Origin: Paraburkholderia solisilvae
GTDB taxonomy: Bacteria > Pseudomonadota > Gammaproteobacteria > Burkholderiales > Burkholderiaceae
Reading direction: 5' to 3'
Length of the DNA: 40,000 nucleotides
NCBI RefSeq assembly: GCF_042682325.1
Contig: NZ_JBHUHI010000001.1
Span: 3,523,622 to 3,563,621 of the forward strand
Shown: one piece after another, positions 16,304 through 24,080 of the stretch
Position numbering within the stretch: the stretch's first letter is position 1
Layout: each line of letters opens with the position of its first letter
Notes under the pieces: generated by a model
Databases searched by the model: none
What the model was told of the DNA's origin: nothing
What the model saw: only the letters and a program-made list of their open reading frames with translations
Made by a program: the position numbers and the translations under genes

Positions 16304-16572
16304 ACTGCCGTACGACGAGCACGTCGAGCGCACGCACTACCATAGCCTGCGTCGGCTGATCGATGCGGAGCGCAGGACGTAGCCTAGCTGGCGTTGTCCG
16401 ACCGCTCCAATTCCTTGTCCGGACCAACCTGATACGCCCTGCGCTTGGCATCAGCGAGAATGCGTGGCCACACGGCCATGATATCGATCTGCGGCACCGC
16501 TAAAACCGACTGCTCGCCGTCATCAAACGGCGCGTCGATTACCGCCGTATCCGCGTTTTCTTGTTCGTGCAT
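16292..16572. repeat. Diverged direct repeat R1 (paralogous to 19713..20118)
   Basis: Alignable by eye at roughly 75-80% identity with R2. It carries an internal deletion of roughly 130 nt relative to R2. Confidence 0.7.
16384..16572 (-). CDS. Small acidic hypothetical protein (62 aa) inside repeat R1
   Basis: GGAGA lies 5 nt upstream of ATG 16572. Sequence MHEQENADTAVIDAPFDDGEQSVLAVPQIDIMAVWPRILADAKRR... The R2 counterpart has lost its start and carries a stop. Confidence 0.45.
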   Translation of the reverse strand: MHEQENADTAVIDAPFDDGEQSVLAVPQIDIMAVWPRILADAKRRAYQVGPDKELERSDNAS

Positions 16573-16636
16573 TTCGTCTCCGGGACGTTGGGAATTGACG
16601 CAGAGAATCACGTCACGAACTCATAGACCCAAACGC

Positions 16637-17170
16637 ATGAAAAACACAAAACCATTCGACGCTGCGAAATACCTGACCGACGACGAGACAATCCGCCATT
16701 ACCTCGCTGAGGCCTTCGAGAGCAGCGTCCCCGCGATTGCCCGGACCGCGCTGCACGACGTCGCACGGGCAAAGGGCGTGCAGGACGTGGCGCGCGATGC
16801 CGGCATGACACGCAAGGCGTTCGAACAAGCGCTGGCCGACGAGCATGTCGGCTATCTGACCATCCGCCGAATCGTCGAAGCGCTGGGGTTTTCGCTAACC
16901 ACAGTGCCGGCCGAATCGCCAGTTTTCCGGCGAATCATGGCCGCACGCTACAAGCGGTCGACTAGGCGTCTGCACGTCGAATTCTTGCTCGGCGTCGAGT
17001 ACATGATCCCGGTCGGACATATCGAGAAGCTGACTGCACTGGAGCCGACGGCCTCCGACCTGAAGCACGTCGAGGTGTCCAAGCGCGGTCGCTGCATCCG
17101 CTTTCCCAAGCTCGGCGTGAAAATTCGCGTGCCCGACATCAAGCGGGCGGCCATGGGGGCGTTCAGCTGA
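16637..17170 (+). CDS. Fusion of an addiction-module antidote HTH domain (TIGR02684-like) and a DUF2442-like domain
   Basis: KPFDAAKYLTDDETIRHYLAEAFES...ALHDVARAKGVQDVARDAGMTRKAFEQAL...IRRIVEALGFSLTTVP matches the antidote family. The C-terminus LHVEFLLGVEYMIPVGHIEKLTALEPTASDLKHVEVSKRGRCIRFPKLGVKIRVPDI is DUF2442-like. Confidence 0.8.
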   Translation: MKNTKPFDAAKYLTDDETIRHYLAEAFESSVPAIARTALHDVARAKGVQDVARDAGMTRKAFEQALADEHVGYLTIRRIVEALGFSLTTVPAESPVFRRIMAARYKRSTRRLHVEFLLGVEYMIPVGHIEKLTALEPTASDLKHVEVSKRGRCIRFPKLGVKIRVPDIKRAAMGAFS

Positions 17171-18009
17171 TGAACCCAACCAGCGACTACCGGCTGGATC
17201 TGAACAAAGACGACTTCGCAGAAGCCGTCCGGCTACTGTCACGCATGCATCCGTCCGACGTGAACGGCCGCTTGTTGTTCGTCTTCCGGCGCGGTTGGTT
17301 GGAACTCAAGCGTACCACCCCGATGGGCATAGCACAGGCTCAAACGTCGATCTACGCGAGTGGATGGTGGCAAGGCCTCGTAAGCGTCGACTGGAAAGAC
17401 GCGCTAAGCGTGCTCGATGACCTGTGGTTTCTCGACCCGTTCTATCTGACGTTCTCGCAACAATCGAACGTGTTCGCATTCGGCAGTCGCGTCGTCCGTG
17501 GCCGGGGCGGTGCCACACAGCAGCAATTGAAGTTCGACGCACCCGCGAACACCGATGCTCGGGTGCAGCCAGAAGCAGAGCCAGTCACGCTGCTAGACGA
17601 ACTGCTCGCCCGAATTGCACGGATTGACGTAGGGAACGCTGGGAAGCCTCCGGTGAAGATGAGCGAGATCGCCGAGCGGTACGAGCGCGATGCGGAGCTT
17701 GTGCGGCTGCTGAAGGATGCGCGAGGGGGAAAGTGCCAGGTGTGCGGGCATACCTTCAGAATGCGCAACGGCGGCACGTACACGGAAGCGCATCATCTCG
17801 AAGAACTGGTGAATGGTGGCCTCGACGTGTCGCGCAACATGCTGATCGTCTGCGCGAATCATCACCGCATGTTCCACTACGGCGACGTCGAGATCATCGA
17901 GCACACCGCCGAGCAGATCATAGTGCGGATCGACGACGAAACACATACGATCCCGCTCGCGTTCGTTCCGCCGCCAAAGCAAGCGTCAGCGGAAGCGCTG
18001 GCGCCATGA
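17170..18009 (+). CDS. HNH endonuclease-domain protein with an unassigned N-terminal domain (279 aa)
   Basis: CQVCGHTFRMRNGGTYTEAHHLEELVNGGLDVSRNMLIVCANHHRMFHYG (CxxC ... HH ... N ... CxxHH). Its start overlaps the upstream stop (TGATG at 17168..17172). Confidence 0.85.
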   Translation: MNPTSDYRLDLNKDDFAEAVRLLSRMHPSDVNGRLLFVFRRGWLELKRTTPMGIAQAQTSIYASGWWQGLVSVDWKDALSVLDDLWFLDPFYLTFSQQSNVFAFGSRVVRGRGGATQQQLKFDAPANTDARVQPEAEPVTLLDELLARIARIDVGNAGKPPVKMSEIAERYERDAELVRLLKDARGGKCQVCGHTFRMRNGGTYTEAHHLEELVNGGLDVSRNMLIVCANHHRMFHYGDVEIIEHTAEQIIVRIDDETHTIPLAFVPPPKQASAEALAP

Positions 18010-18042
18010 GCCAACTGAGAGGATGCGGTATCACCCCGCCTG

Positions 18043-18639
18043 CTATCTGAACCCGAGCGACATAAGTTCGCGCTCCAGCGACGTACGCGAAACGAACTTC
18101 TTCAGGAAGCCCCGAGATTCCATTTTCGCGCGCGCCTGCAGGACCGCTTTCTCTTTCGACAGTCGAACGATGGACATCAGACTCGTCGCGCGTCGCTCCA
18201 GCGCTGCCTGCCAGCTCTGGTCGTAGGAAGCCAAGGTTTGAAGTGCGCCGGCGAGGCCGGCGACAATTTCCGGACACGAACCCGCTCGCAATTCGGGGCG
18301 ACCACTCCGGTCCAGGAACCACCCATAGATGTATCCGGCCGCGTCCCACAACACTAGATCGAGCCGGGTCGGCTGCCCTTCAAGCAAGTAGTTGTTGAGT
18401 TCCTCAATCTACTCAAACAATGTGGCAAGCGCCGCGTGCGTGTCTGCGCCAACGCCTGCAAGCGATTCGTCGAGCGAGCGCAATGCAAGCCGCTGTGTTG
18501 CAACGTGTGCGGCCATCAAGGCGGCTCCTACTTCGCACCGGATGGGATGGCTGTCGTTGAACGGCGTGAACATGCAGGACAATTCGTCGTCAAGTTCGAG
18601 CGGCGTAAGCTCAAATAGTGGCTTCTTTTCTGTCGACAC
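18043..18639 (-). pseudogene. Hypothetical gene interrupted by a single in-frame amber codon (or read-through candidate)
   Basis: Track ORFs 18409..18639 and 18043..18387 are in the same frame, separated only by TAG (18409..18411) plus 7 sense codons. The upstream part has GAGGTG + GTG. The downstream part begins only at a TTG and has no ATG. Confidence 0.6.
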
Positions 18640-18677
18640 GGGTCACCTCGTCACGCAAACAATGTAGTGCGCCATCT

Positions 18678-19082
18678 TTAACGCCAGTCAGACAGATCCA
18701 TGTACGGCATGAAGCGCGTCTTAAGCACGTCAAGCTGCTCCGTGGCCCATGCGGCTGCGGCAGCGCGATCCCGATCGGCATGCGCGGCTTGATCCGAGAC
18801 GTCTTTCAAAAAGTCCGCGATCTCCCGCTTGAAAAGGAAGGGAGCTGCGGCTGTGCGCCCACGAAAGATCCCGACATCGTGCGGTTCCATCGGCCGCTCC
18901 AACACTAGTTCAGTGAGAAACGTCGCCGTATACAAATAAATTTCATGGCGCTTCTCGAACAAGTCCAGCATGAACCTAGCGTGCGCAACCTTGTACTGGC
19001 GATAAGCAATGGCTGCGGCTATGCAGCCGATCACCAAGGCGACAATTGCTGCCGGGATACCCTTCATTATCTCGCACCACAT
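18678..19082 (-). CDS. Membrane-anchored hypothetical protein (134 aa)
   Basis: N-terminal TM helix IPAAIVALVIGCIAAAIAY. GGGGGA lies upstream of ATG 19082. It is the second gene of a minus-strand three-gene run. Confidence 0.6.
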   Translation of the reverse strand: MWCEIMKGIPAAIVALVIGCIAAAIAYRQYKVAHARFMLDLFEKRHEIYLYTATFLTELVLERPMEPHDVGIFRGRTAAAPFLFKREIADFLKDVSDQAAHADRDRAAAAAWATEQLDVLKTRFMPYMDLSDWR

Positions 19083-19109
19083 GCCATCCCCCTGTACTGC
19101 GATGCGCCG

Positions 19110-19622
19110 CTACTCGGTCGTGTCATTGAGCAAGTCCGGTTTTCCCTCAAGGATTTCGCGCGCCCATGGCTGCATCAAAAACGGGAATCCGTTAAGTGTG
19201 CCAACCTGCGACGCCCGAAGAAGTATGCCTTTTGCTTCAAGCCCCCGCGCGACGCCGTCGCTGATCGAGTACGACACCGACGATTTTCGATCCCGGATGT
19301 ACGGGCGCAAGCGCTTCTTTTCGTCGGGCTCCAGCCGCTCCATCTTCCTGCGTTGACTGCGGCTGGTCATACCAGTCAATATCGCTATCCCGATCCAGTC
19401 GTGGATTTCGCCGATCAGGTGCGCGAGTAGAAAAGCGCATGACGCGACGAATAGCGCACCAATCCATGATCGGTACGTTTGAACGAACGCCGTCGTGCCC
19501 ACGGTTGCCTGGATCGTCGCCGGCGCGAACAGCAGGAACGCGCTCGCTGCCGCAATGCCGATCAACGGCTTAACGGCAAACTCGGCGAACGCTTTTATGC
19601 CCTCCAGCACTTCTTTTAGCAT
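19110..19622 (-). CDS. Two-TM protein, superinfection-exclusion SieB-like (inference)
   Basis: GGGGAGAAG lies upstream of ATG 19622. Two TM helices (LIGIAAASAFLLFAPATI, WIGALFVASCAFLLAHLIG), then LEPDEKKRLRPYIRDR...GVARGLEAKGILLR...FLMQPWA. This layout resembles the SieB family as I recall it. Confidence 0.7.
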   Translation of the reverse strand: MLKEVLEGIKAFAEFAVKPLIGIAAASAFLLFAPATIQATVGTTAFVQTYRSWIGALFVASCAFLLAHLIGEIHDWIGIAILTGMTSRSQRRKMERLEPDEKKRLRPYIRDRKSSVSYSISDGVARGLEAKGILLRASQVGTLNGFPFLMQPWAREILEGKPDLLNDTTE

Positions 19623-19712
19623 GTCTCTTCTCCCCGTCTGGACCGGCGTATTCTGCCACTGTGCGGACCGGGTAGGCGACGCGTTCAAAACCGGGGCGTC
19701 TATGTAAAATTC

Positions 19713-20118
19713 ATCGCATGAACGAACTGCTGTACGACGAACACATCGAGCGCACGCGCCATGCGATCATGAAGCGCATCGAACAGGCGCGCGAGCATTC
19801 ACCAAGCAGCCCGCAGCACGAAGCGTATCTCCGTACCGCCGGGACGATCCTGACCGGCCTGACCCGCAACTTCGAGGTCGCCGACGAGGACTACGATAGC
19901 CTGCGTCGGCGGATCGATGCGGAGCGCGGGACGTAGCCTATCCGGCGTTGTCCGACTGCTCCAGTTCGCTGTCTAGAGCAGCCTGACATACCCGGCGTCT
20001 CGCACCTGCCATGAGGAGTGGCCAGACGGCCAAGAGATCAACCTGCGGCGTCGTTGAAGCCGACTACTCAAACGGCGCATCGAGCACCGCTGTATCCGTG
20101 TTTTCGTGATCCTGCCAT
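19713..20118. repeat. Diverged direct repeat R2 (paralogous to 16292..16572)
   Basis: See R1. It contains the intact 72-aa plus-strand ORF and a degraded copy of the minus-strand small ORF (19938..20117; start lost, TAG after ..DAPFE). Confidence 0.7.
19718..19936 (+). CDS. Small hypothetical protein (72 aa) inside repeat R2
   Basis: MNELLYDEHIERTRHAIMKRIEQ...DYDSLRRRIDAERGT. The R1 counterpart (16296..16382, MNELPYDEHVERTHYHSLRRLIDAERRT) lacks the central part. Confidence 0.45.
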   Translation: MNELLYDEHIERTRHAIMKRIEQAREHSPSSPQHEAYLRTAGTILTGLTRNFEVADEDYDSLRRRIDAERGT

Positions 20119-20137
20119 GCGCCCTTCGAACGTGTCC

Positions 20138-22390
20138 TTATGACGTACTGACCGGCGCCGGGCTGTCCTGCGGTGGGCTGTTGCGGATTGTATCCATGCC
20201 CTTTTCGAATTCCCGCGTGGCTTCAGTTTCCACTTCATCGAGTATTCGACCGGAAGCGATCTCACGCAGGCGTGCGGATAGTTGCTCGAGATTCGTTGGA
20301 GGAAGAAGATAAGGCTCGAAAAGTTTTGGATCAACCGAGGCGATGCGATGCGTGACCCGCTCTCCGTATGTGTAGGACGTCCCGACTCGTACGGCCTTGA
20401 CGAGCAATTTCAACAGCACTTCGTCGTCGTCCATGGCGCGTTGGAACCATTGCTGGATTTCTGCTATGTCAGCCCAATTACTCCATACCAGCAGCGCGAG
20501 GTAAACATCGGGCAGTTGAATTAGGCCGTCACCCCGCGCTATTTTACGCAACCGGGCAGTCACAATGTCTCTCAATTGTTCCACCGTCGCAGGCGCAAAG
20601 GCTTGGAAGGCCGAATCACGTTGCGCAGCGTCCGCCTGATACATCCGGTCAATGCTATACGCGATTCTGCATGCTAATCCGATGGCTTCGCCTTCCCGGA
20701 TTAGTCTCAGAATTGTTGTTTCGCGTTGGTTGTCGGGCAACGCCTTTGCAAGGTGATTGATGAGCCAGAAGGCGTGTACGTCCGCGTGAACACTGAAAAA
20801 TCCGGGTACCGAATTACGTGGGTCACTCAAAAACCCGTCTCCCACGCGGAAAAATGCTTCCATGCATGCGGCTGCAAATGGGACCGGTAGGTCGTCGAGC
20901 TTTGTCAGTGCTGTGATCAAGTCGTTGGCTTTGCAAGGCCCGGAAGGTCGGCGCTCGTCGAACGCCACGACCCAAGCGTCAGCCAGCGCATCAACATTTT
21001 CCCCAAGGCGGATAAAGGCGCGTAACTCCTGCTCGCTCAACACGTCGGGGGAAACTCCGAACTGGAAATATCTATCGAACTTTTCGGACACGCAAACTCG
21101 GGCTTGTGCGCTCCAGCGACGCAGCGAGTCGGTGCCGTACGTAACATTTCCCCATACCCACTGCAGGCGTGGGAAAAGGCGTTTCATTAATGCTTTAACC
21201 GGCGCTCGATGTCTGGCAGACAGGGTTTCCAACCATCCGTCGTGGAACTGCTGAGCTTCCACGCGCTCCCCTCGGTCAGGCGCAAGACCGGTGAATTTGG
21301 CTTTGTTATCGCGGATCACTGCGTATGCGGCCGGAACAAATACACGTAGGAACTCGAGGGCAATGAAATCCACAGGATTCACCTCACCCCGTACCGCGGG
21401 AAACGTAACCATAAGTGCGTTCACTGCCCGAACCACATCGCGGGGAGTCTGGACTAGCGGCGATAGTCCATCATGAAAGACATTGCTCCAATGTGTCGTA
21501 TCGACCGCAATCTCATCGTTCCCGAGCGTACCAATGAGGCGATCAAGGTCGCGCAGAAGCTTCTGGATGAGGAACTCGTCCGAAACCGCGGGCAAGACGA
21601 ACTGCGCCTGTACAATTTTTTCGAGGTATGCATCGCCATCTGCAATTGCGAGCGAAGTCCGTAACGCTTCGGAGACAAGACGGCGGTCGAAAGCCAATAT
21701 GTATACAACGTTCGGGAAATCCGCGACGGCTTTGATCACCTTGAAGACTTCGCGTATTTCATACGGTGCAAGCCTATCGATGTCATCGACGAACACTACA
21801 AATCGCTGTGCCGCCTTCTCCAAAGCGTCGGACACTTCCGCCTTCAGTTTTCGAACGTCTTTGGGCGTTCGCTTGAACCTCTTAAGCAGCCCTGACGCAA
21901 ACGTTCCAAGCAACGGAATCGGAGCTCCCGTGGCAGCAGAAATGCTTGTTGCTACGGCAGAGCCGATCGCATCGGCATATTCAGCAAACGCGTCGGCGAC
22001 GGCCATCAGTGTTTTGTTTTCTTGCGGGAAGCGTGCACGAAACTGCTCTAGAAACTGCAACGTCAGTTGCTCACGGTCCGCAAACCACCACGGATTGAAC
22101 TCTACGCTCACGGGAAGCACTAATTCGTTTTTGACGACAGCTACATTCTGATCCAGCAGATAATGCCGCACGAAATTGAGTAAGCTCGTCTTCCCGGCGC
22201 CCCATGGCCCATCTATCGCCATTACGAGGCCCTTTGGACTCGGGGTCGTCGCGGCGGCTCGAGCAATAGTACGGGCGAAAGGGGCATAGCCGAACTCGTC
22301 AAAGGACGGATGCGCTTGCGGCGCGTCGCTGCCCAATGGGCTCTCGATTACGGGCTCAACGGCGGATGTTCTCTGGTTTTCGCCTGCCAT
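20138..22390 (-). CDS. KAP family P-loop NTPase (750 aa)
   Basis: DEFGYAPFARTIARAA...LVMAIDGPWGAGKTSLLNFVRHYL (Walker A) and RFVVFVDDIDRL (Walker B). The size and helical C-terminal region are typical of KAP NTPases. Confidence 0.95.
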   Translation of the reverse strand: MAGENQRTSAVEPVIESPLGSDAPQAHPSFDEFGYAPFARTIARAAATTPSPKGLVMAIDGPWGAGKTSLLNFVRHYLLDQNVAVVKNELVLPVSVEFNPWWFADREQLTLQFLEQFRARFPQENKTLMAVADAFAEYADAIGSAVATSISAATGAPIPLLGTFASGLLKRFKRTPKDVRKLKAEVSDALEKAAQRFVVFVDDIDRLAPYEIREVFKVIKAVADFPNVVYILAFDRRLVSEALRTSLAIADGDAYLEKIVQAQFVLPAVSDEFLIQKLLRDLDRLIGTLGNDEIAVDTTHWSNVFHDGLSPLVQTPRDVVRAVNALMVTFPAVRGEVNPVDFIALEFLRVFVPAAYAVIRDNKAKFTGLAPDRGERVEAQQFHDGWLETLSARHRAPVKALMKRLFPRLQWVWGNVTYGTDSLRRWSAQARVCVSEKFDRYFQFGVSPDVLSEQELRAFIRLGENVDALADAWVVAFDERRPSGPCKANDLITALTKLDDLPVPFAAACMEAFFRVGDGFLSDPRNSVPGFFSVHADVHAFWLINHLAKALPDNQRETTILRLIREGEAIGLACRIAYSIDRMYQADAAQRDSAFQAFAPATVEQLRDIVTARLRKIARGDGLIQLPDVYLALLVWSNWADIAEIQQWFQRAMDDDEVLLKLLVKAVRVGTSYTYGERVTHRIASVDPKLFEPYLLPPTNLEQLSARLREIASGRILDEVETEATREFEKGMDTIRNSPPQDSPAPVSTS

Positions 22391-22749
22391 TGTGGGTGCT
22401 CTTACTGGTTAAGTTTTCCGTAGGCCAGCCTAACCGTCGGCATCGATCGTTCGATGCTCATCTGCGCCTGGCGATCCTGTCATGTTTGATGCGAGAAGAG
22501 TATCGGGCGACGCTGTTTCAACGAAAAGGATAGTGCTAGCATGACGCACTTGATGCAAGTGCTAAGGTTGCCCAGCAAATGCGGAACGAATCTCATGCAC
22601 CTCTGGGCAGACCTGTGAAAAGATGCCGGCCTTGCCATGCAAGCCGTTGATGCAGTGCTGATTCGTTGCAATGCGTTCTGGGTGCGCGTGTGCAAGGAGG
22701 CATGCGCAATCCAATGCGGATCGGGCCGTAGTCGGCCGCAGGCGGTCGG

Positions 22750-22781
22750 TCAATTGCAACGTCGAGATAGTTGACAATTGA
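22750..22781. repeat. Imperfect inverted repeat containing a TTGACA hexamer, upstream of gene 22899
   Basis: tcaattgcaac - N9 - gttgacaattga. The arms match except for one extra t. No convincing -10 element was found. Confidence 0.3.
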
Positions 22782-22898
22782 TGCATGTGCCCGGTCCATG
22801 ACCGGTTACAGGAAGTGGGTAAAGCACCCCGATTTTCCGAGGGCTAAGCTGCGAAGCCGTGTCAGAGCAGAACAAGACTGTTGGTGGGCGAAAGAGAG

Positions 22899-23837
22899 AT
22901 GATTACGAATATACCGACTCCAGCCGACTACTATACGTCGGGGAAGGAACTCTTGAATTTTGCTTGGGACACTACCGCGAATCTCCTTATAGACTTCGAC
23001 CAGGCAGACTATTACGGCTACGACGAAACAGAAATATCGGACGCGTATTGGGCGGCCGCAAAGCGTACGCTGACGACGGCACTGACGATTGTGCAGCAGG
23101 CCGTAGAGCTAATCATCAAAGGACGGATCGTTGAAGTCTCTCCATACCTGTTGATATCTGATTCTCCATCGCGATGGCCCTCGCCATACGAGGGTGGTGC
23201 GATTGATTTCGAACTCTTCAGAACCATCGATGCGCAAGACCTTATCCGTGTGCATGACACATTTTCGGATACGGCATTCGACGCAAACTTCGTCGAGAAA
23301 TTTCATAACCTACGGGCCGTCCGAAATGTAGTTACGCACTCAGCCGGTAAGAACGTTTCCGTACGCGTTGCAGAGGTCATCGACAGTGCGTTGTATATGC
23401 ACAAAGCTCTATTTCCTGGCGAGAGTTGGTTCAAAATTCGCCGAGAATTTCTGCGTCGTGCGCCGAGTTCTCAGCTCGGGGCAGAGGAGTTTGCAACGAA
23501 CACAACTTGCTGGGAAGCGTCGATCGTTGTGAAGCTGTTACCACCAGCAAAGGTAGAGGCCTATCTAGGCATCGACAAAAAGCAGCGCTTGTACCTCTGC
23601 CCCGAATGTCTTTACGACGCTAATACGGACGGTGGTTTTGAGCATAAGCTAGCCGTTCTGAGGCCGAAAGGCCCTGATTCAATCAACTTGTACTGCCCCG
23701 TATGTGACCAGACACATAGCGTGGTTCGGAAGGACTGTACCAAAGCGGACTGTCCGGGGAACGTCATCGGGGAAGAATATGACCAGTGTCTGACATGCTC
23801 GTCGTGGCAAGATGAGGAAGACGAAGGCGAGTCCTGA
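22899..23837 (+). CDS. HEPN-like (Rx4H) N-terminal domain + C-terminal Cys-rich zinc-ribbon protein (312 aa)
   Basis: AAKRTLTTALTIVQQAVELIIKG ... FVEKFHNLRAVRNVVTHS (R-NVVT-H). C-terminus: CPECLYD...CPVCDQTH...CTKADCPG...CLTCSSW. Start taken at ATG 22899. Confidence 0.8.
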   Translation: MITNIPTPADYYTSGKELLNFAWDTTANLLIDFDQADYYGYDETEISDAYWAAAKRTLTTALTIVQQAVELIIKGRIVEVSPYLLISDSPSRWPSPYEGGAIDFELFRTIDAQDLIRVHDTFSDTAFDANFVEKFHNLRAVRNVVTHSAGKNVSVRVAEVIDSALYMHKALFPGESWFKIRREFLRRAPSSQLGAEEFATNTTCWEASIVVKLLPPAKVEAYLGIDKKQRLYLCPECLYDANTDGGFEHKLAVLRPKGPDSINLYCPVCDQTHSVVRKDCTKADCPGNVIGEEYDQCLTCSSWQDEEDEGES

Positions 23838-24080
23838 CACAACACCTAGAATGTCAGGCAGACGGACGTCGGCTTTCTGGCAATCCGACGATCTGCTCAG
23901 GGTCGTCCTAAGCCCCTCGCATGAGACGGTAGTCGGCCAACCACGGGCCGCTCGATCCGATCCTCAGGCGACCAGTTGAACTTCGGCATTATGCGGTAAC
24001 GAGCCCCTCGCCGCCGCTGATCTGCGCCTGTTTGGACTCGAGCATTTCAATGACTTTGTGGCCAATAATTTCGAGCGGGA

